From sequence record LC819009.1: a stretch of 64,000 bases of DNA. The stretch is one strand, 5' to 3'. A program made the position numbers and the translations under genes. Of this stretch, positions 1 through 8,998 are shown piece by piece. The notes under the pieces are model-generated. The model was given only the letters and a program-made list of their open reading frames with translations, did not search any database and was not told where the DNA came from. The stretch's first letter is position 1, and the number at the start of each line of letters is the position of its first letter.

Positions 1-3
1 ATG

Positions 4-612
4 TCACCACGCATTATAGCCAGAAGGAAGCGGATATGTCAGTCCGGTTCCAGTCAGCAAGTTAGCCGAACTATTGCTACCAGTTGCAGCCGCTCCCGAG
101 ATCATCGGATAGAAAGTCGTAGCCGATGAATAAGGTGTATAATCAAACGAGTTAAACGCAACCCCGTTTTTATAAAACTTCATGGTCTTGGCCGTCAGAT
201 CCATAGCGACGCCAATGACGTCGTTGAGCCAGGCATAAGTACCATACGAAAAACGTTGTGCTGTTCCGTAAAGCAACGCAGATACGTTCGACGTGTAGCT
301 ATAGAGAAGCAGTTCACCGGGACCACCCTGGTTCCATGGATGAAAGAGTCCAGTCGTCGACGGAGCAACTCCAATGCCAGGAGTGTAGCCCCCACTACCA
401 GATTCGATTCCAGTAATCTTGACTTCGAAATACCATTTTCCTGAAGAACGAGCAATCGTTCCTCGTACCGATCCACCAATGGTCGAATCGAATGTAACTG
501 TTTTATTTCCATTGGACAACGTTACGCCAGAAGCATACATGTCGCTAGGATTCAGAGTCAGAGTCGATGACTGGACTACAGACTTCTTATAAAGAAGTAA
601 CGGGTCATGCAT
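4..612 (-). CDS. SPRY/B30.2-like domain protein, probable tail fibre/receptor-binding accessory
   Basis: SPRY-like motifs LSNGNKTVTF, SSGKWYFEVKI, DVIGVAMDL...MKFYKNG. The ORF track starts at 624; the likelier ATG is at 612 (MHDPLLLYKK). Confidence 0.7.
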   Translation of the reverse strand: MHDPLLLYKKSVVQSSTLTLNPSDMYASGVTLSNGNKTVTFDSTIGGSVRGTIARSSGKWYFEVKITGIESGSGGYTPGIGVAPSTTGLFHPWNQGGPGELLLYSYTSNVSALLYGTAQRFSYGTYAWLNDVIGVAMDLTAKTMKFYKNGVAFNSFDYTPYSSATTFYPMISGAAATGSNSSANLLTGTGLTYPLPSGYNAW

Positions 613-626
613 AATTTTCACCAAAC

Positions 627-1307
627 TTAAATCAGTCCACCAACAGGCGGTGTAAAGTTAGCCGTAATGATTGCAGAATCCCAGAATCCCCATTCGGCCG
701 TATAAACGTTTATACCAGACTGACCAACAATCATGCTGTTGTTGTTTATGATAGACGTACTGTCTGAGAAGTTGGCATAGGTATAGGAAGAACCAGTGCC
801 ATTTGCTAGCATGATTGCAGTACCGTTTATGTAAACGGTATTTACATTGGCCTTTCGCATAAATGCGATATGGTACCACGCTGTCGACATCTGGCCTTCA
901 GTCACACTGGCATCCCAGCATGTGGCGATGGTCGACATGGCATAGCCGAACTGCAGTCGATTACCGAAACCGTTGTCGCCGGTTCGGATATTAAACGCAC
1001 TGCTCATTATCGTTACATAGCCGGTTGCGCCGACCAGTAATACTCGAAGAATTGCAGTGAAGTCAGCAGTACTGGTCCGACTTCCATTAGCATAATTGAT
1101 CGTATCAACGCCCTTCATCGCAGTCGTATAACCAGAGAGCGAAATAGGAGGCGTTACAATCGCACCTGCGGCAGCAGTGTGGTTCGTGGGAGTGATCTTT
1201 CCAGTCGACGAATTGCTGCTGTAATTATAACCCCACAGAGGCTGAATGGAGTTGAGACCACCGCCACCCGACACTGCTTTCTTTTTTAAAAGCATCGGTG
1301 ATAACAT
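627..1307 (-). CDS. LamG/concanavalin-A-like domain protein, probable tail fibre accessory
   Basis: WYHIAFMRKANVNTVYING is a LamG-type motif; the protein is Ser/Thr/Gly/Asn-rich. Likely ATG at 1307 (MLSPMLLKKK); the ORF track starts at 1340. Confidence 0.65.
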   Translation of the reverse strand: MLSPMLLKKKAVSGGGGLNSIQPLWGYNYSSNSSTGKITPTNHTAAAGAIVTPPISLSGYTTAMKGVDTINYANGSRTSTADFTAILRVLLVGATGYVTIMSSAFNIRTGDNGFGNRLQFGYAMSTIATCWDASVTEGQMSTAWYHIAFMRKANVNTVYINGTAIMLANGTGSSYTYANFSDSTSIINNNSMIVGQSGINVYTAEWGFWDSAIITANFTPPVGGLI

Positions 1308-1351
1308 AGTTTTCTCGCAAATTTGATTTACGTAAGTCACAGTATCGACCC

Positions 1352-1377
1352 CCTACCTAGCCTTTCGGCTAGGTAGG
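1352..1377. terminator. Stem-loop (11-bp stem, GAAA loop on minus strand)
   Basis: cctacctagcc-tttc-ggctaggtagg immediately downstream of the DNA polymerase stop. Confidence 0.7.
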
Positions 1378-1387
1378 AAGAGATCGA

Positions 1388-3538
1388 TCAATACGTATCG
1401 TAGATCATTCGCGTGTTTTTCTTGTTGCTCATGAAGATGCCCATGGTTTCCAAGATGTGGTAGTAAGCACCACAGCAATCTCGCACAATCTTGCGTGCGT
1501 TCGAACCAATCAGGATCTCATCCGGAATGCCAGACAGCTGGATGATACTGACAGGAACGTAAATCGTTGTCATGTACTTACGACCGATGCGAGTACATTC
1601 GTCTTGAATATCCTTCACGAGATCCTTGTTCTGAATCTGATCCAGATAGACTTGCCAATCCGACACGTTACCGATTTCCAGAGAAACCTTCAACGACGTA
1701 TAGGGCGGCTCATCGACCATGCCATAGATCTTGCCAAACGTACGGTTCCAGAAAGTATGGTTCCAGTACGGTGTGCGATCTGCATCTTTGATTTTGTACG
1801 CATCCGCCTTCTTCAGGTGAGCAGCGCGGAAGTATTCGGTATTACCCGACTTCACGTCTTCATAGATCGACCATTCTTTCTCAGCGACCATGTCGACGAT
1901 GTCGTTCAGGTTAAGACCTTTACCATCCACCACAGCTTTCATGGATTCCAGCAGGAAGTCTTTCACTTCTGTCACAATCGCGCCAGGTGTAGCCGACGAG
2001 ATCATGTTTGCTCCCTTTAGTTCCAGGTCAGGCTTACGGAATACGTTACCTTCCTGTGCTGTCTTCATGGCGTAGTAATGCTTGGCCATCGAAGTCGGGC
2101 AGAAGATCTTGAACTTGTACTCGTTCTTCATCTGCACGTCGAACAGACGATCCGGATGGACGCCATAGTTCGCAGACATCATTGCATGCAGGTGAGATGA
2201 CGTTTGTGCGGCGAGATACACCACGACGTCAGAAGTCGATTCCATTTCGTCCGTGAAACCGATTGTGCCGTAAACACGACCAACCCATTCCTGAACGGTA
2301 AACAGAGTCGAGTCAGTATCGCCACCGAGAACGGAACGACGAAGACTGGTCGGGAAGTTGCCCGTGGATGCAGGCATGTTGCCCGTGAGCCAGAAAGCAT
2401 CGATCAACGGCTGCACTGAGCACAGCGTATTGTTGATGTTCTTGGCATTGGTTGCGAGCACGCCATAGTTGTGCGGACTTTCTTTCAGAATTTCCTTCGG
2501 CTTTTTACCAACCGAGAAAGAACGACAGATCTGACGCGACAAGTTAACGGTATCTTCCGAAACTGTCTTAAGAACGAACTGGGCTTCATCTACCGGCATC
2601 GATTCGTCGATGAAACGCGACAACTGATTCAGCAGACCAACCACAAAACCAGTATTGTGCTTGTACAGATGGTAGAAGTCACCAACATACACGAATGCTG
2701 CACGCTCAAGCGGCTTCATCGTTTCGACGAAATCCCACACAGGCTGCATGTGCTGGTTCGACTGGAAATAGAGCAAACGACTACGATCGATACAATCGTT
2801 GACGTCCTGCACAGTCGGCCAATGCAACTGGAACATCTTCATTGCTTCTTCGACCTTCTCCAGATCGGTGATAGCGCAGATCGACACGAGGTTGTTCAGG
2901 ATCGTGTCGCGGTCCATGTAGTGGCGGTTGCCTTCGATGAACTTTTCGTTGTTTGCATTTCCGTATGCAGTCGTGTTACGGCAGTTTGTCGTAAGCGACG
3001 AATGCGAAGTCGGATTAAATAGAGCCGTCGACGGAGTGAGTGATGCTCCGGAGAGCGAGTTATTCGTGGTCTTTGCATTGTTCTGTCCGAGATCCTTAAA
3101 CACATAGAGAACCATGTCCCCTGCATTCTTGGCATCGAACATCTGATCTTTGAGCACCGACCGCTTAACGATGTTATCCATCGTGTAAAGCGACAGGAGC
3201 GATTGCCGAACATCCGGCGAGCAATACGACGTAAATGTCGGCGACATCGATTCGTTATTCTCGAATACATCTGCGAGATAACGCGACATCGTGGTTTCTT
3301 TGAGAACGCGGTCTTCGAAGTTCTCACGATGGAGGTAGCGCACCATCGGATCCCGGAATTCAAACAGACCACCGGGTTTCATGTTCTTGACGACGAATTC
3401 TCGTGCGGCTTGGATCGTGATTCCCTTTCTCTTGGAGAGAAAGAGCGATGCCTGGTCTACATAACCGTTGAGCACTTTCGTGTCACGGCGGTAGTCCTCT
3501 CGTTCTTTACGGAAAGTTACAGGTCGCAACTGATGCAT
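1388..3538 (-). CDS. Divergent family-B DNA polymerase, polymerase-domain subunit (phiKZ gp50-like)
   Basis: Long ORF with PolB-like motifs K..NN..SG (KTTNNSLSG) and GGDTDSTLF; no obvious N-terminal exonuclease motifs; syntenic with PhuZ as in phiKZ. Likely ATG at 3538; the ORF track starts at TTG 3565. Confidence 0.85.
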   Translation of the reverse strand: MHQLRPVTFRKEREDYRRDTKVLNGYVDQASLFLSKRKGITIQAAREFVVKNMKPGGLFEFRDPMVRYLHRENFEDRVLKETTMSRYLADVFENNESMSPTFTSYCSPDVRQSLLSLYTMDNIVKRSVLKDQMFDAKNAGDMVLYVFKDLGQNNAKTTNNSLSGASLTPSTALFNPTSHSSLTTNCRNTTAYGNANNEKFIEGNRHYMDRDTILNNLVSICAITDLEKVEEAMKMFQLHWPTVQDVNDCIDRSRLLYFQSNQHMQPVWDFVETMKPLERAAFVYVGDFYHLYKHNTGFVVGLLNQLSRFIDESMPVDEAQFVLKTVSEDTVNLSRQICRSFSVGKKPKEILKESPHNYGVLATNAKNINNTLCSVQPLIDAFWLTGNMPASTGNFPTSLRRSVLGGDTDSTLFTVQEWVGRVYGTIGFTDEMESTSDVVVYLAAQTSSHLHAMMSANYGVHPDRLFDVQMKNEYKFKIFCPTSMAKHYYAMKTAQEGNVFRKPDLELKGANMISSATPGAIVTEVKDFLLESMKAVVDGKGLNLNDIVDMVAEKEWSIYEDVKSGNTEYFRAAHLKKADAYKIKDADRTPYWNHTFWNRTFGKIYGMVDEPPYTSLKVSLEIGNVSDWQVYLDQIQNKDLVKDIQDECTRIGRKYMTTIYVPVSIIQLSGIPDEILIGSNARKIVRDCCGAYYHILETMGIFMSNKKNTRMIYDTY

Positions 3539-3648
3539 TGTTTCCGTTCCTTGGGTTGACAGCAAAAAAAGATAGCACCCCGTAAAGCAAATCCGAAGAT
3601 CACTTTACGGGGCGGATTCAAACTAGATGGTGACCTAACAAAAAAATA

Positions 3649-4074
3649 TCAGGTCGTGGTCGTATTGCCATTGAAGGTGATCTGGAAGTTGACGAAGCCA
3701 GCTTGCTTGAGCATCGTCGACAGGCGTACCAGATCCGACGTCGAGACGTTCGGAATGACGATACCGGCAACGCTGACCTGAACTTCCGAGATGGAAGTCG
3801 GGTCAATCCAGGGCTCACCGATGATGGTGATCGTGCCATCGATTTTCTTGATCCGGTAGTAGTTATACTGACGCGGATCGTTGGGGAAACCCGTCGGCAA
3901 GTTCCCGGACGAGACAACAGCTGCATGCACGGGCTGGATGTCGCCTTGGAGCATGACTGCAGTTTCGAAAGGGAAGTAGCCGAGGATCTCGACACGTTTG
4001 AAAGAAGTACCCAGGACATTCGGAGCATACGTCTCGAAGTCATAGATCTTCTTATTGTCCATCGCTTGTGACAT
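3649..4074 (-). CDS. Conserved phiKZ-like hypothetical protein (beta-rich)
   Basis: 141-aa ORF with phage-like codon usage in the operon upstream of the polymerase. Confidence 0.7.
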   Translation of the reverse strand: MSQAMDNKKIYDFETYAPNVLGTSFKRVEILGYFPFETAVMLQGDIQPVHAAVVSSGNLPTGFPNDPRQYNYYRIKKIDGTITIIGEPWIDPTSISEVQVSVAGIVIPNVSTSDLVRLSTMLKQAGFVNFQITFNGNTTTT

Positions 4075-4086
4075 GGATGTTCACCT

Positions 4087-4467
4087 TTAATCGTCGAACG
4101 GAGTTTCGAATCTTTTCACCACAATAGAGCGGTTATTCCGGTTCGACTCAGGTGCGTACTCGAATCCATCGCCAGCGTACAGACCGTGCGCCCGTAATTG
4201 CGACGCAATGTTTTTTACGAGAAGAAAAAAAGATTCCAGGAACCGCTGGAGGAATCTTGGATCGGGCTCCAGATGTTCACGATAGAAATTCCCCAACTTG
4301 GACAGTTGAGGTTCCTCGTGAACATCTTCGAGCTCGAAGATGATGACGTCGAACACCATCAGGACGACGTCACTCAAAACGTATTCAGGTAGTTTCTTCT
4401 CCGGACCCACATCGCGACAGAATTCACGAAGCGCGTGTCGGAGGTCGACAATTATCCGCTCAGACAT
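4087..4467 (-). CDS. Hypothetical protein, member of putative paralog array
   Basis: 126-aa acidic ORF starting MSERIIVDLRHALREF. Confidence 0.75.
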   Translation of the reverse strand: MSERIIVDLRHALREFCRDVGPEKKLPEYVLSDVVLMVFDVIIFELEDVHEEPQLSKLGNFYREHLEPDPRFLQRFLESFFLLVKNIASQLRAHGLYAGDGFEYAPESNRNNRSIVVKRFETPFDD

Positions 4468-4880
4468 TCCCCTTCACCATGTTGGTCGATTTCATGTTCA
4501 GAAAAGATCTTGATGATCATATCCATACCCACAAACCCTTCAAATTTCAAAATGCTTGGAACTTGTGAGTTCAGAAGTTCAAGCTCTTTCATGTAACTAA
4601 AAAGTGTCGTCACGAATTCGTACGCCATCTGGGCAACGTCATCCGTGTACAACTCTTCGAGGATCCCCGTATCCGTGAGTTCCACGGCCATCTTCATCGT
4701 AGCTTCCAGGAGCTCGATATGTTGATTGGTCTTAGCGTTCTGAGAATGATGCAACCACATCACCATCGTGATCAGCATCTGCATCAGAACAAACTGATGT
4801 TCATCCTCTCGGAAATATTCCTCGAAGACGCTCTTCCATTTCTGGATCCGATCTTTCGTCGGAATAATGAATTTTTGCAT
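4452..4880 (-). CDS. Hypothetical protein, member of putative paralog array
   Basis: 142-aa acidic ORF overlapping the next gene by 16 nt. Confidence 0.75.
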   Translation of the reverse strand: MQKFIIPTKDRIQKWKSVFEEYFREDEHQFVLMQMLITMVMWLHHSQNAKTNQHIELLEATMKMAVELTDTGILEELYTDDVAQMAYEFVTTLFSYMKELELLNSQVPSILKFEGFVGMDMIIKIFSEHEIDQHGEGECLSG

Positions 4881-4935
4881 GTTAACGATTCGCCGATAGG
4901 TGTCTCATAACCATTGCCGAACGATCGATGTATTT

Positions 4936-5292
4936 TTATTCGATCACCTCAAACTTCAACGACATAAAACTGTCGCTGGGAATGAAGCTAACGTGCTGAT
5001 GAATGAATCCTGCACGCTGCAACTCGCGGAGAATGTGCGCACGGATCCTCATAAAGAAATCCATGATTCGCATCTGCTGCCCAACAGTAAATGGCTTGAC
5101 TTCCTGATGACCCTGAAACCAGTAGTCACCATAAACCATTCTCCTGATGTACGCGCGATCTTCTTTATCTCCACGTATGCCTTCACACAGGTTGTCTAGG
5201 GTCTCGGAATAATCGATTAATCCAAACTCCAGTGTAAAGAATTCCCGGAACATTTTCAGAATTTGGATCTTATCGATCAAGACCAGTTTCAT
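4936..5292 (-). CDS. Hypothetical protein, member of putative paralog array
   Basis: ATG at 5292 overlaps the upstream TGA (TGATG coupling); starts MKLVLIDKIQILKMFREFF. Confidence 0.7.
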   Translation of the reverse strand: MKLVLIDKIQILKMFREFFTLEFGLIDYSETLDNLCEGIRGDKEDRAYIRRMVYGDYWFQGHQEVKPFTVGQQMRIMDFFMRIRAHILRELQRAGFIHQHVSFIPSDSFMSLKFEVIE

Positions 5293-5879
5293 CAGAACCT
5301 CAATCGCATTTTCAAAGCGTGAGCGCTGGACCACTGAAGGCTGCGTTCATCGATGGCATAATCGCCGTGCACATCGCGAATTAACGACATCGTCGCGCGA
5401 ACCATATCGTCTATGATTGCACCGACTTTTGTTGCTTCACGAATCTCGTACTCTTCAACCGAGTAATTCCGATTGAAGGTGGCGTTGGAGAAATAGGTTG
5501 CTTCTTCTTCCTTTTTCGTCCACTCAGCCATCGCATCGTTCATCTCCCGAAAGATCTGAACGTCACGTGCACTTATATCTACTTCTCGCTGGGTCGCCAT
5601 CACACACGACTCGATAAAACCCTCCAGTTCATGCGGATAGAAATACAACAGATCCTCGGCAGGACCCACCTTTTCGAATACGTGACGGAAATCCACCAGG
5701 TAGGTTCGCTCACCCATGTAACGATCCTCCTTTAGCACTTCAATCATCCTCGGGTATTGCGTTGTGAAAAGATTCCGATTACGGAATGACTCATCTCTCA
5801 AAGCCAGCCCCGGTTTCGTTTCCACCTGGACCAGCCTAGAAGAAGTAGCCTCGTTGTTCTTCGTAACGTTCTGGAACAT
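5292..5879 (-). CDS. Hypothetical protein, member of putative paralog array
   Basis: 195-aa acidic ORF containing MGERTYLVDFRHVF; start uncertain. Confidence 0.7.
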   Translation of the reverse strand: MFQNVTKNNEATSSRLVQVETKPGLALRDESFRNRNLFTTQYPRMIEVLKEDRYMGERTYLVDFRHVFEKVGPAEDLLYFYPHELEGFIESCVMATQREVDISARDVQIFREMNDAMAEWTKKEEEATYFSNATFNRNYSVEEYEIREATKVGAIIDDMVRATMSLIRDVHGDYAIDERSLQWSSAHALKMRLRF

Positions 5880-6261
5880 TGATAATCAGCTCCAATCTCT
5901 CGGTCAACCAGTACATGTCTTCAGGTAGCTCGGCAGCGATATTCGGAAACCACGCCAAGACTTCACCCAGTACCAAATGTTCGAGTTCTTGTTTTACAAA
6001 GTCCGCCTCACCATTGATCATGCAATCGAGGTTCAGCGCCAGATCGAGTTCTTCCTGCATCTCGGTATGATCCGAAGTCAGATCAAACACCTTCTCCACG
6101 ATCAGAGGAAGAATTTCTTTGATGTGGCAGGTCGAATACGTTTTACCTTTTTCAGTAGCCCTTCTGACGTACCAGTTAATGGGACGATGCAGATCGACTA
6201 GATATCTACCACCTTTGTACGGTGGCTTTGGATAGACGGGATCATCGTCAAATGGTCTCAT
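5836..6261 (-). CDS. Hypothetical protein, member of putative paralog array
   Basis: Likely ATG at 6261 (MRPFDDDP...GGRYLVDLHRP); the ORF track starts at 6321. Confidence 0.7.
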   Translation of the reverse strand: MRPFDDDPVYPKPPYKGGRYLVDLHRPINWYVRRATEKGKTYSTCHIKEILPLIVEKVFDLTSDHTEMQEELDLALNLDCMINGEADFVKQELEHLVLGEVLAWFPNIAAELPEDMYWLTERLELIINVPERYEEQRGYFF

Positions 6262-6823
6262 GCCGGTTAGCAATCTTTTCTTGTTCCGCTTTCGTCCACT
6301 GGATGACTCGCCAGTCTGCATACTCTTCGATCATCAGAGTGCGCAGATCACGACCTTGCGTGAGGCGATGCAAGACGAAACGGTTCGGATTCATGTGCTC
6401 GGTCGTCAGAGCCAGCAATTGCTTGAGGACATCATCCAGCATGTCCGCAGCTTTCTTGTTTGCCGGATCATTCAGATCGTAACGCAATTCTTCACGCAGT
6501 TCCGCTTCAATGTCGAAACCGATCAACTCACGAAGATTCATGAGGTGGATATGCCAGTCGCAGTCTTCGCCATAAACCCAGGCGCGGCGGCGATTGACGA
6601 TAGCTTCCATGATCGTGATGACGACCTTGCGAACGAGATGCGTGAGAGCCGGTTTTGTAAAGTCGTATTCCTGGATGCTCGGCAGCATCTCGAAGATGTT
6701 CATGATGGCAGCGATATGCTGCTGCGGATCGATAATGGTAATCTTGAACGGACGATCGGAGATAACCGAAGTATCCATCCAGACTACACCATCCGATGCT
6801 TTTGTGAATTCGGGTTCTTTCAC
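6248..6823 (-). CDS. Hypothetical protein, member of putative paralog array
   Basis: 191-aa ORF preceded by a GGAG-like RBS; first gene of the block. Confidence 0.75.
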   Translation of the reverse strand: MKEPEFTKASDGVVWMDTSVISDRPFKITIIDPQQHIAAIMNIFEMLPSIQEYDFTKPALTHLVRKVVITIMEAIVNRRRAWVYGEDCDWHIHLMNLRELIGFDIEAELREELRYDLNDPANKKAADMLDDVLKQLLALTTEHMNPNRFVLHRLTQGRDLRTLMIEEYADWRVIQWTKAEQEKIANRHETI

Positions 6824-6979
6824 CTAAACTCCGTCCTTGTAAAATGCCTCTAAAAGCTGCAGAATGACCCCGTAGTGCATTTGATTAGTGTCGGATATAA
6901 GAATATACTTACAACCATTCCAAAGCCTTCAGAGAGCCTAAAATTTAAATATAAAAATTTGGCGGCATAAGTGGAAGAC

Positions 6980-7008
6980 CCCAGAACCCCCGAAGGAGTT
7001 CTGGAGTT
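6980..7008. terminator. Stem-loop downstream of phuZ
   Basis: ccagaac-c-cc-cgaa-gg-a-gttctgg (UUCG loop on minus strand), followed by TATG on the minus strand at 6966-6969. Confidence 0.6.
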
Positions 7009-7017
7009 CACCCAGCT

Positions 7018-8034
7018 TTAGAACACCAGGCCGTTGGATGCACGCTTCTTCGTGCCGTCCGACAGCTTATTCTTCACGACGCGAGCAGCTTCGCGCTGTT
7101 CGTAATCGGCGACTTGCTTGCGAAGGCCCTTGACGACCGTGTCGAGGAAACCATCAGCCACCGCGAAATGCAGCGGGAAGCTGAGTGCGCGCTTGTCGAC
7201 CGGCAATGCCGCTTCATGTTCGACGATGTGAACCGGTACACCGACACGCTGATATTCGACCGGCTGGCCGACCTTCGTGTTGTTCAGGTCCGTGTTCAGC
7301 GTTGCGACCGAGATCAGGTTGACGTCGCCGATCACCATCTTTTCCTGGTGGATCGACAGCACGCCGACTTGCGGGGCATACGTGGTGACTTCGTCGAAGT
7401 GCAGCCAGTTGTGCAAATCGCGTTGGTCCAGGTTCTTGTTCTGGCCGCTGTAGAGTGCGGTCAGGCACGAGATTGCCAGATGAACCTTCGCGTCGATCTC
7501 CTCGATCGTGCCGTCGACGCCGTTTTGCAGGAATTGCAGAACGATCGGTTTCTCGCGAGCTTCGACAATGCCTTCGTACGATTCGAGAGTGCCGATGCAG
7601 TTCTCGATGTAGTTCTTGGTGTCGTCACCGCCGATCACGAATGCGATCACCGACTTGCCCTGGTTCAGCGCTTCCGAAACGATCGACGGACCCATCACCG
7701 AACCCGAGCCGCCGGTAGCGGAATGGATCACGATGTTGATGTCGCCCAGCGGGAAACGTTGCAGCATTTCGCCAGTGTACTTGACGATGTCTGCGCCGTT
7801 GTGGCTACGCTTGCCGCCCGAGCCGTTGGCTTCCGGCAGCTGATAGAAGAACTCTTCGGGCACGCCGAAGGTAGATGCTTTGGAGGTGTCCATGTACACC
7901 GGATTGACTTCTGCGTAACCGGCATTCTTCTTGCCGCGTTCGAGTTCGAAGTACTTGCCGATACCGATGCCTGCACCGCCCGTGCAGAAAATGTTGATTT
8001 TGCCCAGCGTGTTGGTATTGTTCAGATCCGACAT
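7018..8034 (-). CDS. phuZ: PhuZ/TubZ tubulin-like spindle protein
   Basis: GGAGIGIG T1 loop, GSGG, tubulin signature SATGGSGSVMGP, T7-like LDQRD; 338 aa; phiKZ-like context. Confidence 0.95.
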   Translation of the reverse strand: MSDLNNTNTLGKINIFCTGGAGIGIGKYFELERGKKNAGYAEVNPVYMDTSKASTFGVPEEFFYQLPEANGSGGKRSHNGADIVKYTGEMLQRFPLGDINIVIHSATGGSGSVMGPSIVSEALNQGKSVIAFVIGGDDTKNYIENCIGTLESYEGIVEAREKPIVLQFLQNGVDGTIEEIDAKVHLAISCLTALYSGQNKNLDQRDLHNWLHFDEVTTYAPQVGVLSIHQEKMVIGDVNLISVATLNTDLNNTKVGQPVEYQRVGVPVHIVEHEAALPVDKRALSFPLHFAVADGFLDTVVKGLRKQVADYEQREAARVVKNKLSDGTKKRASNGLVF

Positions 8035-8104
8035 GTTCAGTTCTCACTGTGAAATTTTAAAAGATGAGCCAGCGTCGAATTGATTTCGATACTGATTCAC
8101 GTTT

Positions 8105-8112
8105 GTAATATA
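8105..8112 (-). promoter_or_regulatory. phiKZ-type early promoter motif TATATTAC upstream of phuZ
   Basis: Plus-strand gtaatata is TATATTAC on the minus strand, about 70 nt upstream of the phuZ ATG; matches the reported phiKZ early consensus. Confidence 0.55.
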
Positions 8113-8143
8113 TCGCTGAATTTCGTTTAAACAAGGACTCCCT

Positions 8144-8956
8144 ATGCATTCAGGATCGGCCGTTGAGAAGGCCATCACGGAGATCAAGTACATCATCCCT
8201 GAGGAGATTCTTGATCTCGTCTTTCTCAAGAAAGCTTACTTCTTTCGTGACAGGCCGACCAACCTGGATCGAGAAATAATCAAGAAGGTCATCGCACCAC
8301 GCGTGATGGTCGACTGCAGTCTCATCGGAGGTACAGACTATATCGTACCCCTGATGGATATTTATCGTGAGCTCACCGAGGAGTGGATGGCTGTTTACCG
8401 CATCCCAAAAGAGTTCACAGACAATCGATCCGTCATGTCGATTCTCGGCGTGATGTATATCAATCCGTACATGGTAAGTGCCCCGGCAGGGAACAACATT
8501 ACTGGCTGGTCGCACATCATGGCGACTACACAGGCAGTGTTGGAAGCGATGTCTCCGATTCCGAACTTCAGTTCGTCGGATGTTTCGCTTGAAGGTGAGA
8601 ACGTGATTGTCATTCGTGACGCTCGTGTTCTGCCATCCTTCAGCTATGCTCGTGTCATTCTGTCTTACGACGAGTACATGAGCAACATCAATCCGCGTTC
8701 GTATCTCGCGTTTGCCAAGATGTGTGAACTCGCAGTCAAGTCATACATCTGGAAGAACCGCGTGATTCCTCTGGATCGTGGGGAACTGACTGCTGGCGTG
8801 ACGCTTGGCGCCATCAAGGAAGTCATCGACGAGTACAAGGATGCGGAACAGATGTATCAGGATTATCGCAAAGACACCATGCGAAAAGTCCTGTTGATGA
8901 ACGACGAAGGACGCAAACGTCGTCATCTCACGCGCATTATTGGCGGCTATAAATAA
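8144..8956 (+). CDS. Conserved phiKZ-like protein, probable virion structural protein
   Basis: 270-aa ORF, divergent from phuZ, followed by a hairpin. Confidence 0.65.
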   Translation: MHSGSAVEKAITEIKYIIPEEILDLVFLKKAYFFRDRPTNLDREIIKKVIAPRVMVDCSLIGGTDYIVPLMDIYRELTEEWMAVYRIPKEFTDNRSVMSILGVMYINPYMVSAPAGNNITGWSHIMATTQAVLEAMSPIPNFSSSDVSLEGENVIVIRDARVLPSFSYARVILSYDEYMSNINPRSYLAFAKMCELAVKSYIWKNRVIPLDRGELTAGVTLGAIKEVIDEYKDAEQMYQDYRKDTMRKVLLMNDEGRKRRHLTRIIGGYK

Positions 8957-8964
8957 TGTGGACT

Positions 8965-8992
8965 CCTACTCTACCCGAAAGGGTAGAGTAGG
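8965..8992. terminator. Bidirectional stem-loop (12-bp stem, GAAA loop)
   Basis: cctactctaccc-gaaa-gggtagagtagg between convergent genes. Confidence 0.75.
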
Positions 8993-8998
8993 TAGACC

